Shown here: positions 1-8,725 of the stretch, one piece after another
Numbering within the stretch: the first letter of the stretch is position 1
Layout of the letters: each line of letters begins with the position of its first letter
Origin: Candidatus Sumerlaeaceae bacterium
Lineage (GTDB): Bacteria; Sumerlaeota; Sumerlaeia; Sumerlaeales; Sumerlaeaceae
DNA length: 64,000 nt
Assembly: GCA_049968255.1 (NCBI GenBank)
Contig: JBMFRB010000005.1
Coordinates: 165,822 to 229,821, forward strand
Direction of reading: 5' to 3'
Made by a program: the position numbers and the translations under genes
The notes under the pieces: generated by a model
Told to the model about the DNA's origin: nothing
Seen by the model: the letters and a program-made list of their open reading frames with translations, nothing else
Database searches by the model: none

Positions 1-1300
1 CATCGGCGTCCCCGCCTTCATGCCAGCCTCGCAAATTGATCTCCGTCCTGTTGAAAACCTGAACTCCCTGCTCGGACAGGAAATTGATGCGTACGTCCTT
101 TCTGTGGACAAGGTTCGTGGACGCATCACGATCTCACGGCGCAAGCTTCTGGAAGAAGAGGCTGCAAAGAAGCGAGCGGAAATTCTCGCCTCGCTCGAAG
201 AAGGCGCCACGATTACTGGCAAAGTCAAAAGCCACACCGAATTCGGCGTGTTTGTGGATCTTGGAGGGCTGGACGCGCTTGTCCCGCGCGAGGAACTGGC
301 GTGGGAAAAGCGTGTGGACCCTGCTGAAACTTTGCGGCTTGGTTACAATTACAAGTTCAAGGTGATCAAGGTTGATCGCGAGCGCGAGCGGGTGACGCTT
401 AGCCGCCGTCAGCTTAAGCCGGATCCATGGTTAAAAATTGAAGATGATTATCCGCTTGAGCTGGTGGTGCGCGGCAAGGTGACCGCCATAACTCCGCAAA
501 CCGCGTTCGTGGTGCTCGACTCTGGGATTGAAGGCCGTATCCGCCGCGAGCATCTGAGCTGGGCGCTCACGGTGCGGCGGCCATCGGACCTTCTCAAGGT
601 GGGCGACGAGGTCAAAGCGGTGGTCATCGGCTACGATAAAGAGCGCCGGCTGCTGGATCTGAGCCTCAAGCAAGTGAGTGAAGATCCTTGGAAAGATATT
701 GAGAAGAAATATCCCGTTGGCAGCCGCGTAAAGGTGAAAGTCACGGACGTTGTGGCCTACGGTGCATTTGTCCAGCTCGACGAGACAACAAAAGGGCTCA
801 TTCACGTTTCGGACATGAGCTACGATAAGAATTTCCGTGACCCGAAAAAACTCGTAAAGCCTGGCGAGGAAATCGAAGCCGTTGTGCTGGCCATTGAGCA
901 CGAGCGACGCCGAATTAATCTTGGGATCAAGCAGCTTGAAGACGACCCGTTCGCAGTGTTCGTGAACAATCACCCCGTAGGCAGTGTGGTGACGGGCCCC
1001 GTGAAATCCATTACGTCCTTCGGTGCCTTCATCGAGCTAGCCCCCAAGATCCAGGGGCTGCTCCACGTTTCCGAGTGGGGCAAGGAGCGGGTGGAGAACT
1101 TGGAGACTGTGCTCAACAAAGGCGACGAAGTCACAGCAAAAATCATAAAGATCGATCCCGACGAACGAAAGATTTCCTTGAGCCGTAAGAGGTACCTTCA
1201 GGATCTCGAGCGCAAGGAAATCGAGGAGTACCGCGAGCAAGGTCCGGTGGATGCCACAACCAAGCTGGGCGATCTTCTAAAGCAACTGGGGTTGAAGTAA
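1..1300 (+). CDS. rpsA: 30S ribosomal protein S1 (5'-truncated by window edge)
   Basis: Tandem S1 OB-fold repeats (FGVFVDLGGLDALVP, YGAFVQL..GLIHVSDM, FGAFIEL..GLLHVSE). The frame is open back to the window start (IGVPAFMPASQID), so the true start is upstream. Confidence 0.95.
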   Translation, partial: IGVPAFMPASQIDLRPVENLNSLLGQEIDAYVLSVDKVRGRITISRRKLLEEEAAKKRAEILASLEEGATITGKVKSHTEFGVFVDLGGLDALVPREELAWEKRVDPAETLRLGYNYKFKVIKVDRERERVTLSRRQLKPDPWLKIEDDYPLELVVRGKVTAITPQTAFVVLDSGIEGRIRREHLSWALTVRRPSDLLKVGDEVKAVVIGYDKERRLLDLSLKQVSEDPWKDIEKKYPVGSRVKVKVTDVVAYGAFVQLDETTKGLIHVSDMSYDKNFRDPKKLVKPGEEIEAVVLAIEHERRRINLGIKQLEDDPFAVFVNNHPVGSVVTGPVKSITSFGAFIELAPKIQGLLHVSEWGKERVENLETVLNKGDEVTAKIIKIDPDERKISLSRKRYLQDLERKEIEEYREQGPVDATTKLGDLLKQLGLK

Positions 1301-1408
1301 ATTCGGCGCCGAAGACGGTGCCTGTCGTGCGGGGCGGGGGGCGAACACCCCACATGCGGGTGTGGCACTTAGTTAGTGCATATCTGCGGTGGGAAAGGAA
1401 CGCTGCGC

Positions 1409-3094
1409 ATGAGTACGACGATCGAATACCGCGGGGGAGATTATTTCACGTTGCGCTTCCCTTATCATCGTCATTTCTTGCGTTTTGTGCGCAATCTCGC
1501 TCGCCGCGAGTGGGACCCCGAGGACAAGTGCTGGCACATCCACATCGCTCATTTACGCGATGTGATGGACCTTTTCCAGTTCCGCAAGGAAGAGCTGCCC
1601 GCAAAGCTGTGGCGTGCTTACATGATCTATCGCATTCGCACGACGCGTCTGCGCGTGAGCGTTGGGCCCACGGTGGCACGGCTCGAAGGAACAAACATCC
1701 CCATTGAGGAGATCGTGCAAAAGACCTCCTATCTAGTTCCTGGACATCAATACAATCCGCTGTTCATTGGTGGGCGCTGGGATGGAAAAAAAAGCCTGTT
1801 TGATCGGCGGCAGTTGACGTTCCCTGCGGGCCTAAAGGATCGCGTGTGCGAAGTCCTGCGTGCTCACAAAATTCCATTCGATGTTTGTGAGGAGGTCACT
1901 CCTCCGTCTCCTTCGATCAGGTACCGAAAACTGCGATTCGAGCTCCGAGACTACCAAGAAAAATGCGTGGCCGCAGCGCTTGATTCCAAACGGGGGGTAC
2001 TCGAGCTTGCGACGGGAGCAGGAAAGACGGTGATCGCCGCGCAAATTATCAGCGAGCTGGGGTTGCCCACCATTTTCTTTGTGCACACGCGGGACCTGCT
2101 TCATCAAACGCACGAGTTTTTTCAGGCCCACTTGCACAGCAAAGTAGGCCTGGTCGGTGACGGGCACGTGCATCTGGCGCCCCTTACGGTGGCCACTCTT
2201 CAGACCGTCGGCAAAGCATTCGATATCTCTATTCCGGCTCCCACTGACGAGGAGGGTCAAAGCGAAGAGGATGCAACAGACGTTTCGCGCGTGAAAAAAC
2301 GCCTCATCAGCTTTGTGCAAGAATGCCCAGTGGTGTTTTTTGATGAATGCCACCACATTCCAGCCGAAAGTTTCTACTCCTTAGCGATGCGCACAGGCGG
2401 TGCGGTGTTTCGCTACGGGTTGAGTGCCACGCCCTACCGCGCTGACAAGCTCGATCTGCTGCTCGAAGCGGCTATCGGCCCGAAGGTATTTCGCGCAAAT
2501 GCCAGTAGTTTGATCGAGAACGGCTATCTTGTGCCTCCCGAGATCACGTTTCTTGCCCCCTCTGCCTATCGCTTTGCGTCATCGCGCCATTTGGACTACG
2601 CCACTGTATTTTACGAGTATGTAGTGGCAAACCCCGAACGAAACGAATTGATCGTGAAAACAGCACGCAAACTCGCCGCCCAGAATAAAAGCGTGCTGAT
2701 TCTCGTCTCGCAGGTGGTCCATGGCGAACGACTCGCTGCGCTTATGCCTGAGGCCGCGTTCGTGCAAGGAAATGATTCGGCGACGAAACGGCGGCGAGTC
2801 TTCCGCAAGCTTGAAACCAAGGAACAGCCTCTAGTTATCGCGACCTCACTGGCAGATGAGGGGCTCGATGTGCCTACGCTTGATGCGGTCATCCTTGCGA
2901 GTGGTGGCAAAAGCGAGACACGAACGCTCCAGCGTATCGGTCGTGTGCTGCGTCCGGCACCGGGCAAGGAAAAGGCTCACATTATTGACTTCTTCGACAA
3001 TGCGCCATTTCTCAAAGATCATTCGTTGCGCCGTTACGAGCTCTATTCGACTGAACCGCTTTTCACGGTGAGAACTGAAGGCTTCACCATTTAG
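1409..3094 (+). CDS. SF2 DEAD/DEAH helicase, UvsW/XPB-like, with N-terminal HARP-like domain
   Basis: Motifs LRDYQ, ATGAGKT, DECHH, SAT and QRIGRVLR. ATG at 1409 follows AAAGGA. Segment YNPLFIGGRWDGKKSLFD..FPAGL resembles the T4 UvsW N-domain. Confidence 0.85.
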   Translation: MSTTIEYRGGDYFTLRFPYHRHFLRFVRNLARREWDPEDKCWHIHIAHLRDVMDLFQFRKEELPAKLWRAYMIYRIRTTRLRVSVGPTVARLEGTNIPIEEIVQKTSYLVPGHQYNPLFIGGRWDGKKSLFDRRQLTFPAGLKDRVCEVLRAHKIPFDVCEEVTPPSPSIRYRKLRFELRDYQEKCVAAALDSKRGVLELATGAGKTVIAAQIISELGLPTIFFVHTRDLLHQTHEFFQAHLHSKVGLVGDGHVHLAPLTVATLQTVGKAFDISIPAPTDEEGQSEEDATDVSRVKKRLISFVQECPVVFFDECHHIPAESFYSLAMRTGGAVFRYGLSATPYRADKLDLLLEAAIGPKVFRANASSLIENGYLVPPEITFLAPSAYRFASSRHLDYATVFYEYVVANPERNELIVKTARKLAAQNKSVLILVSQVVHGERLAALMPEAAFVQGNDSATKRRRVFRKLETKEQPLVIATSLADEGLDVPTLDAVILASGGKSETRTLQRIGRVLRPAPGKEKAHIIDFFDNAPFLKDHSLRRYELYSTEPLFTVRTEGFTI

Positions 3095-4932
3095 GCACTG
3101 CCCACCCCGTTGCCGATGACAACGGCTGACATCCATCCGCGCACAGAATTGATGAGCCAGAGTCGATCTGCGCGTCTTAGCTCCATTCGGCTGAGGCGAC
3201 GCTCGCGGATTTTCCCTGAGGCAATTAGGACGCTCCTGAACACGCCTGGCAGCAAGCCGCACTCGATGGGTGGCGTAAAGAGTTGGCCATCGAGCTCCAC
3301 AACAACATTGGCGATCGTGGCTTCCGTGAGGTAGCCAGCTCTGTTGAACAGCAGAACATCATCCACCTCTGGAAAAGCGTGGCGAGCGCATTCAATCGCT
3401 TGCTGATAGATCTGACGCTGTGTTGTCTTATGATAGAGAAGAACTTGTGTTTCATCCACAGGTTCGTTGGCCAGCGCCAGGCGCAAGGGATAAGTTAGCT
3501 CGTGGAGCTCTTTGGCTTCGAGCCGCACTTGGCCAGTGGGCCCATAAAGGAGGCGCACGCGAAGAGGCTTAGTCGCTCCGCGATTTTCTTGGGCGAATTT
3601 GTTCAACGCGCGTTCAACTGCCCCAGGATTCCAGACGAAGTCGAAATAGCGCGCGGATGCTTCAAGCCGAGCCATGTGTTCGGCAAGAAAATCGAAGTTG
3701 TCGTTTGCGTAGCGCAGAGTTTCTAGGAGCTCGAAAGGGGGAAGTGGCGGGGTAAAAAGCACTTGCGCTTTGGCAAGACATTCGTCGTGTTCGCCTTCAC
3801 AGTCGGAATCGGCTGTGACTCCGCTTCCCACGTGGTAACGTGCTGTCGCGCTCTTTTTGTCGAGCACAAGGGTGCGAATTGGAACAGAGAATCGCGCTTT
3901 GCGTCCTGGCGCAATCCATCCAATCGCCCCGCAATAGATCCAGCGCGGCCAGGGTTCCAGGTCGCGAATAATCTGCATGGTTCGGATTTTCGGCGCGCCG
4001 GTCACTGACCCGCAGGGAAACAGCGCCCGAAAGATCTCCGAGAGAGGCGCTCGCGTGCGAGAGGTGATGGTGGAAGTCATCTGCCAAACGGTAGGATATC
4101 GCTCGACGTCGAACAAACGCAGAACTTCCACGCTTCCCACATCGCTCACGCGCCCCATGTCGTTTCGGAGAAGATCCACGATCATGAGATTCTCCGCCTG
4201 CTGTTTAGCCGAAGAGCGAAGGAGGCACATGGCGGCCTCGTCGGCTTTGGGCCAGAGAGCGCGGGGCACAGTGCCTTTCATCGGCCGTGTAGAGAGGCGG
4301 TCACCGTCAAGTTCGAAGAAGAGTTCGGGCGAGGCGCTGGCGATCACAAGCGATCCTAGATCAAAATAAGCTGCCGTATCACATGGCTGGTTGCGCTGTA
4401 GCGCTCTGAAGATCCGAAGGGGGACTTCTTCGAAAGAGCCCTCGAGCGGAAATGCGTAATTCACCTGATACGTGTGACCACGCTCGATATAAGCCTTTAA
4501 GATAGCAAGAACCCTGCTGTAGTCGACACGAGAGAGAAGCGGACGCCAGCGCGCAGGGCGAGGAATAGCAACTTCCGCGTATTCGCAAATTGTCGAGTAT
4601 TCCGGAGGCGTGTGAAAAATTCCCCAAACAGCGTAAGGCCATCCTAGGGGCAACGGATGCACTGCATGGGCCGAATCAAAAGCACACGCTGCTTCGTAGG
4701 CAAGAAAGCCAACCGCGATTGCTCCGGCTTCGACGCGCGATTCGACAGCTTCGAGGATGGGAATCACCTCAGAGGCTGACCAGGCAATATACACATCCGT
4801 CGCAGAACGGAACAGAAACTCCCCTTGCGCATGGAAAGCGCCCCCACATGCTTGCGCGAGAAGTTTGCTTGCAGGCAGACGTGCTTCAATAAGAGTGAGC
4901 TCATGAGCAGCTGTGTGCGGCCTTTGAGTCAT
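3091..4932 (-). CDS. pabB: Aminodeoxychorismate synthase component I fused to a class IV aminotransferase/ADC-lyase-like domain (PabB-PabC fusion)
   Basis: Chorismate-binding motifs SASPELFF, PMKGT, AENLMIVDLLRND and GSVTGAPK. C-terminal HKTT, E.TIAN, GLLPG and NSVRG are typical of aminotransferase class IV. Confidence 0.88.
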   Translation of the reverse strand: MTQRPHTAAHELTLIEARLPASKLLAQACGGAFHAQGEFLFRSATDVYIAWSASEVIPILEAVESRVEAGAIAVGFLAYEAACAFDSAHAVHPLPLGWPYAVWGIFHTPPEYSTICEYAEVAIPRPARWRPLLSRVDYSRVLAILKAYIERGHTYQVNYAFPLEGSFEEVPLRIFRALQRNQPCDTAAYFDLGSLVIASASPELFFELDGDRLSTRPMKGTVPRALWPKADEAAMCLLRSSAKQQAENLMIVDLLRNDMGRVSDVGSVEVLRLFDVERYPTVWQMTSTITSRTRAPLSEIFRALFPCGSVTGAPKIRTMQIIRDLEPWPRWIYCGAIGWIAPGRKARFSVPIRTLVLDKKSATARYHVGSGVTADSDCEGEHDECLAKAQVLFTPPLPPFELLETLRYANDNFDFLAEHMARLEASARYFDFVWNPGAVERALNKFAQENRGATKPLRVRLLYGPTGQVRLEAKELHELTYPLRLALANEPVDETQVLLYHKTTQRQIYQQAIECARHAFPEVDDVLLFNRAGYLTEATIANVVVELDGQLFTPPIECGLLPGVFRSVLIASGKIRERRLSRMELRRADRLWLINSVRGWMSAVVIGNGVGSA

Positions 4933-4993
4933 CGACGCCAGTGTACCGGATTATCGTATTTGAATTTCGACGAAGCACCGGAGTTTTCCTAAA

Positions 4994-6517
4994 ATGTACG
5001 CAACGATGAAAAGCGTGGTGGCTGTGGAAAGGCAAAAGCAACCGAGGCACATTGGACTTGTTCCCGCGGTGCGGAGGCAATGGCTTTTGTTGGTTGCGGC
5101 CTACTTGCTCTCCGCGCTCAGTGCGTGGACTCAAGCCCCGGCGCCTGAAAATACGGGGGAGAGCGGTGCACCCGAAACAGCGCAGCCGACATCCGCGAGC
5201 GAATTTGTTGCAGTTCCTGATCTTGCAGCACAGCTCAAGAAGATAGATCCAAACGCTGTGGTGGAATGGGACGGTCGCCGCTTACGCATCGCGGCAAAGA
5301 ACCAAAAATTCACGCTTTTCCTGAGCAGCTCAGACGTCGTCATCAACGGTACGCCGCAGAAAGTGTCCTCCCCCCTGCGAGTTTATCGTGGCGAACTCTA
5401 TGTGCCTCAAGACGCCGTGGACCTTCTCGCCACGGAATTGGCTAAAAGTGCCCCAGAGGCGGCGCCGACCGGAACCCCTACGCCGCCAACACCGTCGCCC
5501 ACACCCACTCCAGCGTCGGTACTCACACCGAGCCCGAGCGCGTCACCTACTCCAACGCCAACGGCATCACCCACGCCTCAATCAACGGCGCAACCCACGC
5601 CAACGAAAACACCGACGATGGCGGAAACCCTTCCTCAGCCGACGCCTTCCCCGACGCCACGGCCTACCTCACACGTCGCCATCGAGATTAAGCCGAGCGC
5701 GGCGAAGGCCACACCGCCTCTCGCAAAAGTTTCCCAGGCACCCTCGGGCGACGCCTTTGCGCGACTCCTTCATGAGCGCGACCAAATTGCGCACGCCGCG
5801 ATCACTCCGCTGTCTCGGGCTGAGTTGGAACAACGCGCCCGCAGTTCACACGTCGAAAAAATTATTCTGGATCCTGACGAAGGAATCACCGCTGATGCTT
5901 CATCAGAGATCCGTCGACAGAGTCATCTGACGCTGCAGCTCGCGATGAAAATCAAAATGCGCCTTACTGGCGCCGGCTACAGAGTCGAACTCACACGCGA
6001 GGATCCGCAATACGTGTCGCTTGCTCAAAAACTCCAACGAATCCGCGGCTCTCAGGGAGATCTGTTGGTGTCTCTAAGAAGCGGAACTCATGCGTCGGCG
6101 AGTGTGAGCGGTGCACGGATATTTTATCCAAGTCCGACCACTGACTACGCGGTGGGCAAACCAGAGCTGGCGTCGGGCAGCGACACGGTACCGGTTGAGC
6201 AAACTTATCTCCCCTTCGCCGAGAAAAGCAAGCAGGTTGCCTCGGTGTGTCTGGCGGCACTGAAAACTGTGGGTGGCACAGGAGATGCGGCGACGATGTT
6301 GCCGGCCCCGCTTTTTCTCGGACGGCGAGCCCCCATGCCTTCCGTCCATCTTGTGGTGGGATACCTTTCGAATCCGTCGGATCGGGCACGGCTGCTCGAT
6401 GAGGTTGAGCAGGATCGGCTAGCGAACGCCCTGGCGCAGGCCATCATTGAGTTTGCCTCCGGCGCAAAGGCTACGAGCCAGGAATCAGCAAAAGTTCAGA
6501 GAAGAGGGCTCCCATGA
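4994..6517 (+). CDS. Exported Amidase_3-fold protein, apparently catalytically degenerate, with stalk/copper-amine-oxidase-N-like domain and Pro/Thr linker
   Basis: Hydrophobic signal segment, LYVP stalk-like motif, PT-rich linker, then IILDP, VELTRE.., VSL and PMPSV..VGYLSN as in Amidase_3. Start codon uncertain. Confidence 0.75.
   Translation: MYATMKSVVAVERQKQPRHIGLVPAVRRQWLLLVAAYLLSALSAWTQAPAPENTGESGAPETAQPTSASEFVAVPDLAAQLKKIDPNAVVEWDGRRLRIAAKNQKFTLFLSSSDVVINGTPQKVSSPLRVYRGELYVPQDAVDLLATELAKSAPEAAPTGTPTPPTPSPTPTPASVLTPSPSASPTPTPTASPTPQSTAQPTPTKTPTMAETLPQPTPSPTPRPTSHVAIEIKPSAAKATPPLAKVSQAPSGDAFARLLHERDQIAHAAITPLSRAELEQRARSSHVEKIILDPDEGITADASSEIRRQSHLTLQLAMKIKMRLTGAGYRVELTREDPQYVSLAQKLQRIRGSQGDLLVSLRSGTHASASVSGARIFYPSPTTDYAVGKPELASGSDTVPVEQTYLPFAEKSKQVASVCLAALKTVGGTGDAATMLPAPLFLGRRAPMPSVHLVVGYLSNPSDRARLLDEVEQDRLANALAQAIIEFASGAKATSQESAKVQRRGLP
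5460..5670 (+). repeat. Low-complexity Pro/Thr/Ser coding linker (PTPTPSP-type repeats)
   Basis: Translation [17 protein letters not shown]...[10 protein letters not shown]; boundaries approximate. Confidence 0.8.
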
Positions 6518-7116
6518 GCGAGCGGCGGGACGATGATTTTGGGCGGTTCCTTTACGTGGTCACGGTGACAGGGCTAGTGGTGACCTTGCTTGGACTGGGG
6601 GCGATTTGGTATTATTTTAATTACGGGACACTCCCCATCCCCAACGTGCCGAATCCGCAGAAAATGCTGGCGAGCCGCACCGTGTTGGGGCCCAACCAGG
6701 TCATGCTTTACTATACCCGCGACGGCAAAACGCTGTCGGGAGTAGTTGCGGAGCTAGATGCGGGCGTGGTTACACCGACCGATCGCGCGCGCACCATCGT
6801 GAACATGCTCCTCGAGGGGCGTGCCTCACTTGGGCTCCGCTCGGCCATTCCTGAGGGGACAACATTGCACTCGGTGTTCGTGACAAACGGCCTGCTTGTC
6901 GTCAATCTTTCGAAGGAATTCGTGAACAACCTCGCCGCCGATAGTAACCTTGAGCTGCTGGCTGTTTACTCGCTGGTCAACAGTTTGTTATTCAATATCG
7001 AGGCGGTGGATGGTGTGCAGCTTCTCATCGAGGGCGAGAAGGTCCCCACGCTGCGGGGCACCGTGGATACGGACCATCCGCTTGTAGCGAATCAGGCTTT
7101 TACGCGGGCTTTGTAG
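6514..7116 (+). CDS. Membrane-anchored GerMN-domain protein
   Basis: N-terminal TM helix; [31 protein letters not shown] and [12 protein letters not shown] overlap with the upstream gene. Confidence 0.88.
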   Translation: MSERRDDDFGRFLYVVTVTGLVVTLLGLGAIWYYFNYGTLPIPNVPNPQKMLASRTVLGPNQVMLYYTRDGKTLSGVVAELDAGVVTPTDRARTIVNMLLEGRASLGLRSAIPEGTTLHSVFVTNGLLVVNLSKEFVNNLAADSNLELLAVYSLVNSLLFNIEAVDGVQLLIEGEKVPTLRGTVDTDHPLVANQAFTRAL

Positions 7117-7984
7117 CAGCGAGTCGCTCTTTGACGAGCGGGCCGACCTGATCAGGGCGCTCCGCCACAGGCACGCCAGCGGCAGTGAGTGCAGCGATTT
7201 TCTCTTTGGCTGTCCCTTTGCCACCGGAAATGATCGCACCAGCGTGTCCCATGCGCTTGCCTGGCGGTGCGGTAAGCCCCGCAATGAATCCCACGACAGG
7301 CTTGCTCATACGCGTTTTGATGAACTCCGCTGCCTGTTCTTCGTCCGTGCCGCCAATCTCACCGATCATGACAACGGCATCGGTTTCAGGGTCGTTTTCG
7401 AAAAGTTCGAGCGCATCGACGAAGGTGGTGCCGATGATGGGGTCACCACCAATCCCGATGCACGTGGATTGACCCAATCCGTGCAGAGTGAGTTCTTTGA
7501 CAATTTCATAGGTGAGCGTGCCACTGCGCGACACGACGCCGATCCGGCCTTCCTTGTGAATGTGGCCTGGCATGATGCCGACTTTTGCCTTGCCCGGCGA
7601 AATTACACCCGGGCAATTGGGGCCGACCACGCGCACGCCTTGCTGCTTGGCATACCAGTAAACTGGAATCATGTCGCGAACCGGAATGCCTTCGGTGATA
7701 ATCACGACCAACTTCACACCGCTAGCGATCGCCTCAAGAGCGGCGTCCGCGGCAAAAGCTGCGGGCACGTAAATGACGCTGGCATTGGCGTCGGTGGCTG
7801 CGACGGCTTCCTTCATCGTGTTATACACGGGCACCTCCAGGACATTTTCGCCGCCGCGCCCGGGAACCACACCGGCCACCACGCGAGTGCCATAGGCGAT
7901 CATTTGCTGACCATGAAACCGGCCCTCGTTGCCGGTGATTCCCTGAATAATCAAGCGGGTGTCGCGATCAACCAGAACGCTCAT
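7100..7984 (-). CDS. sucD: Succinyl-CoA synthetase alpha subunit
   Basis: [26 protein letters not shown] and phospho-His motif MGHAGA. Confidence 0.97.
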   Translation of the reverse strand: MSVLVDRDTRLIIQGITGNEGRFHGQQMIAYGTRVVAGVVPGRGGENVLEVPVYNTMKEAVAATDANASVIYVPAAFAADAALEAIASGVKLVVIITEGIPVRDMIPVYWYAKQQGVRVVGPNCPGVISPGKAKVGIMPGHIHKEGRIGVVSRSGTLTYEIVKELTLHGLGQSTCIGIGGDPIIGTTFVDALELFENDPETDAVVMIGEIGGTDEEQAAEFIKTRMSKPVVGFIAGLTAPPGKRMGHAGAIISGGKGTAKEKIAALTAAGVPVAERPDQVGPLVKERLAATKPA

Positions 7985-8249
7985 GGGATAAATATTCCTC
8001 TCACAATCTCGATGACGATCCAGAAGTCATGAATGTGCAGCAGTGTTTTGGCACAGAGCTTTCTTGTCAATCCCAGATTCGATTGGAAACCGTGGCCAGC
8101 ATTAGGGGGGGGCATGGTGAGAAGTGTTGCACGCAGGCGCATTAGGACAAGATTTTTGAGTCGATTTTTCTTGAAATAGCAAGGCAGGTATTTGGTAAAG
8201 TGTTGAGTTAGAAGGTTAGAAAAATATCGCTGTACGGGGTTATGGTAAA

Positions 8250-8396
8250 ATGAATAGAAATGTGGTAGGGATTATTCTCATTATTGTCGCTGCGGCGCTG
8301 GTGGGACTTTATGCTTGGCCGAAGCTGAAACCGTACTTTTCAACACCGGCCGCACCGGCTGGACCAGGTGGTGATATGACCACCATGGCGCTGTAA
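8250..8396 (+). CDS. Putative 48-aa single-pass membrane microprotein (not in ORF track)
   Basis: Manual translation MNRNVVGIILIIVAAALVGLYAWPKLKPYFSTPAAPAGPGGDMTTMAL. GGGG about 10 nt upstream, AT-rich upstream DNA, and a terminator follows. Confidence 0.65.
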   Translation: MNRNVVGIILIIVAAALVGLYAWPKLKPYFSTPAAPAGPGGDMTTMAL

Positions 8397-8433
8397 CCGA
8401 GCCAGCTAGAAAAAGTCGAGCGAAGGTTTTATA

Positions 8434-8466
8434 GCAGATGCACGCGAGTGCGTGGTCTGCTTTTTT
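8434..8466 (+). terminator. Intrinsic terminator after the 48-aa ORF
   Basis: GCAGATGCACGC-GAGT-GCGTGGTCTGC hairpin (one bulge, one G-U pair) followed by TTTTTT. Confidence 0.75.
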
Positions 8467-8725
8467 ATTGGCAAATAGCAAAGAGAAAGAAGTCTAGCAT
8501 CTCCACTATGTTCTTCCTGCGTGTAAGCATGGGGACAAATTCTCGAGAGGGCAAAGAAATGCCAAAGTCAGCGCGGATGTAAGCATACCCTCGCATGCTT
8601 CAAACGTCCCTAAGCGAGGCTCTCTCACGAAGACTCCTCGTTTGCTCAGCGACAAATCCAGCTCTGCGCTCTCACTCTAAGCCGCGAGGCTCTTTGGCCG
8701 TGGGCCTTCTGCCAAACGTAGGCCC

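Noticed and set aside
1302-1380. Palindrome TTCGGCGCCGAA and small stems after rpsA as a terminator
   Set aside because: No loop or U-tract, so not supportable as an intrinsic terminator.
1409-3094. Helicase as a type III restriction or antiphage defence component
   Set aside because: No methyltransferase, nuclease domain or defence neighbours; the UvsW-like signature fits repair better.
3091-4932. PabB-PabC fusion, and the MsrB-MsrA fusion at 36225-37280, as novelties
   Set aside because: Both fusion types are already well known in bacteria.
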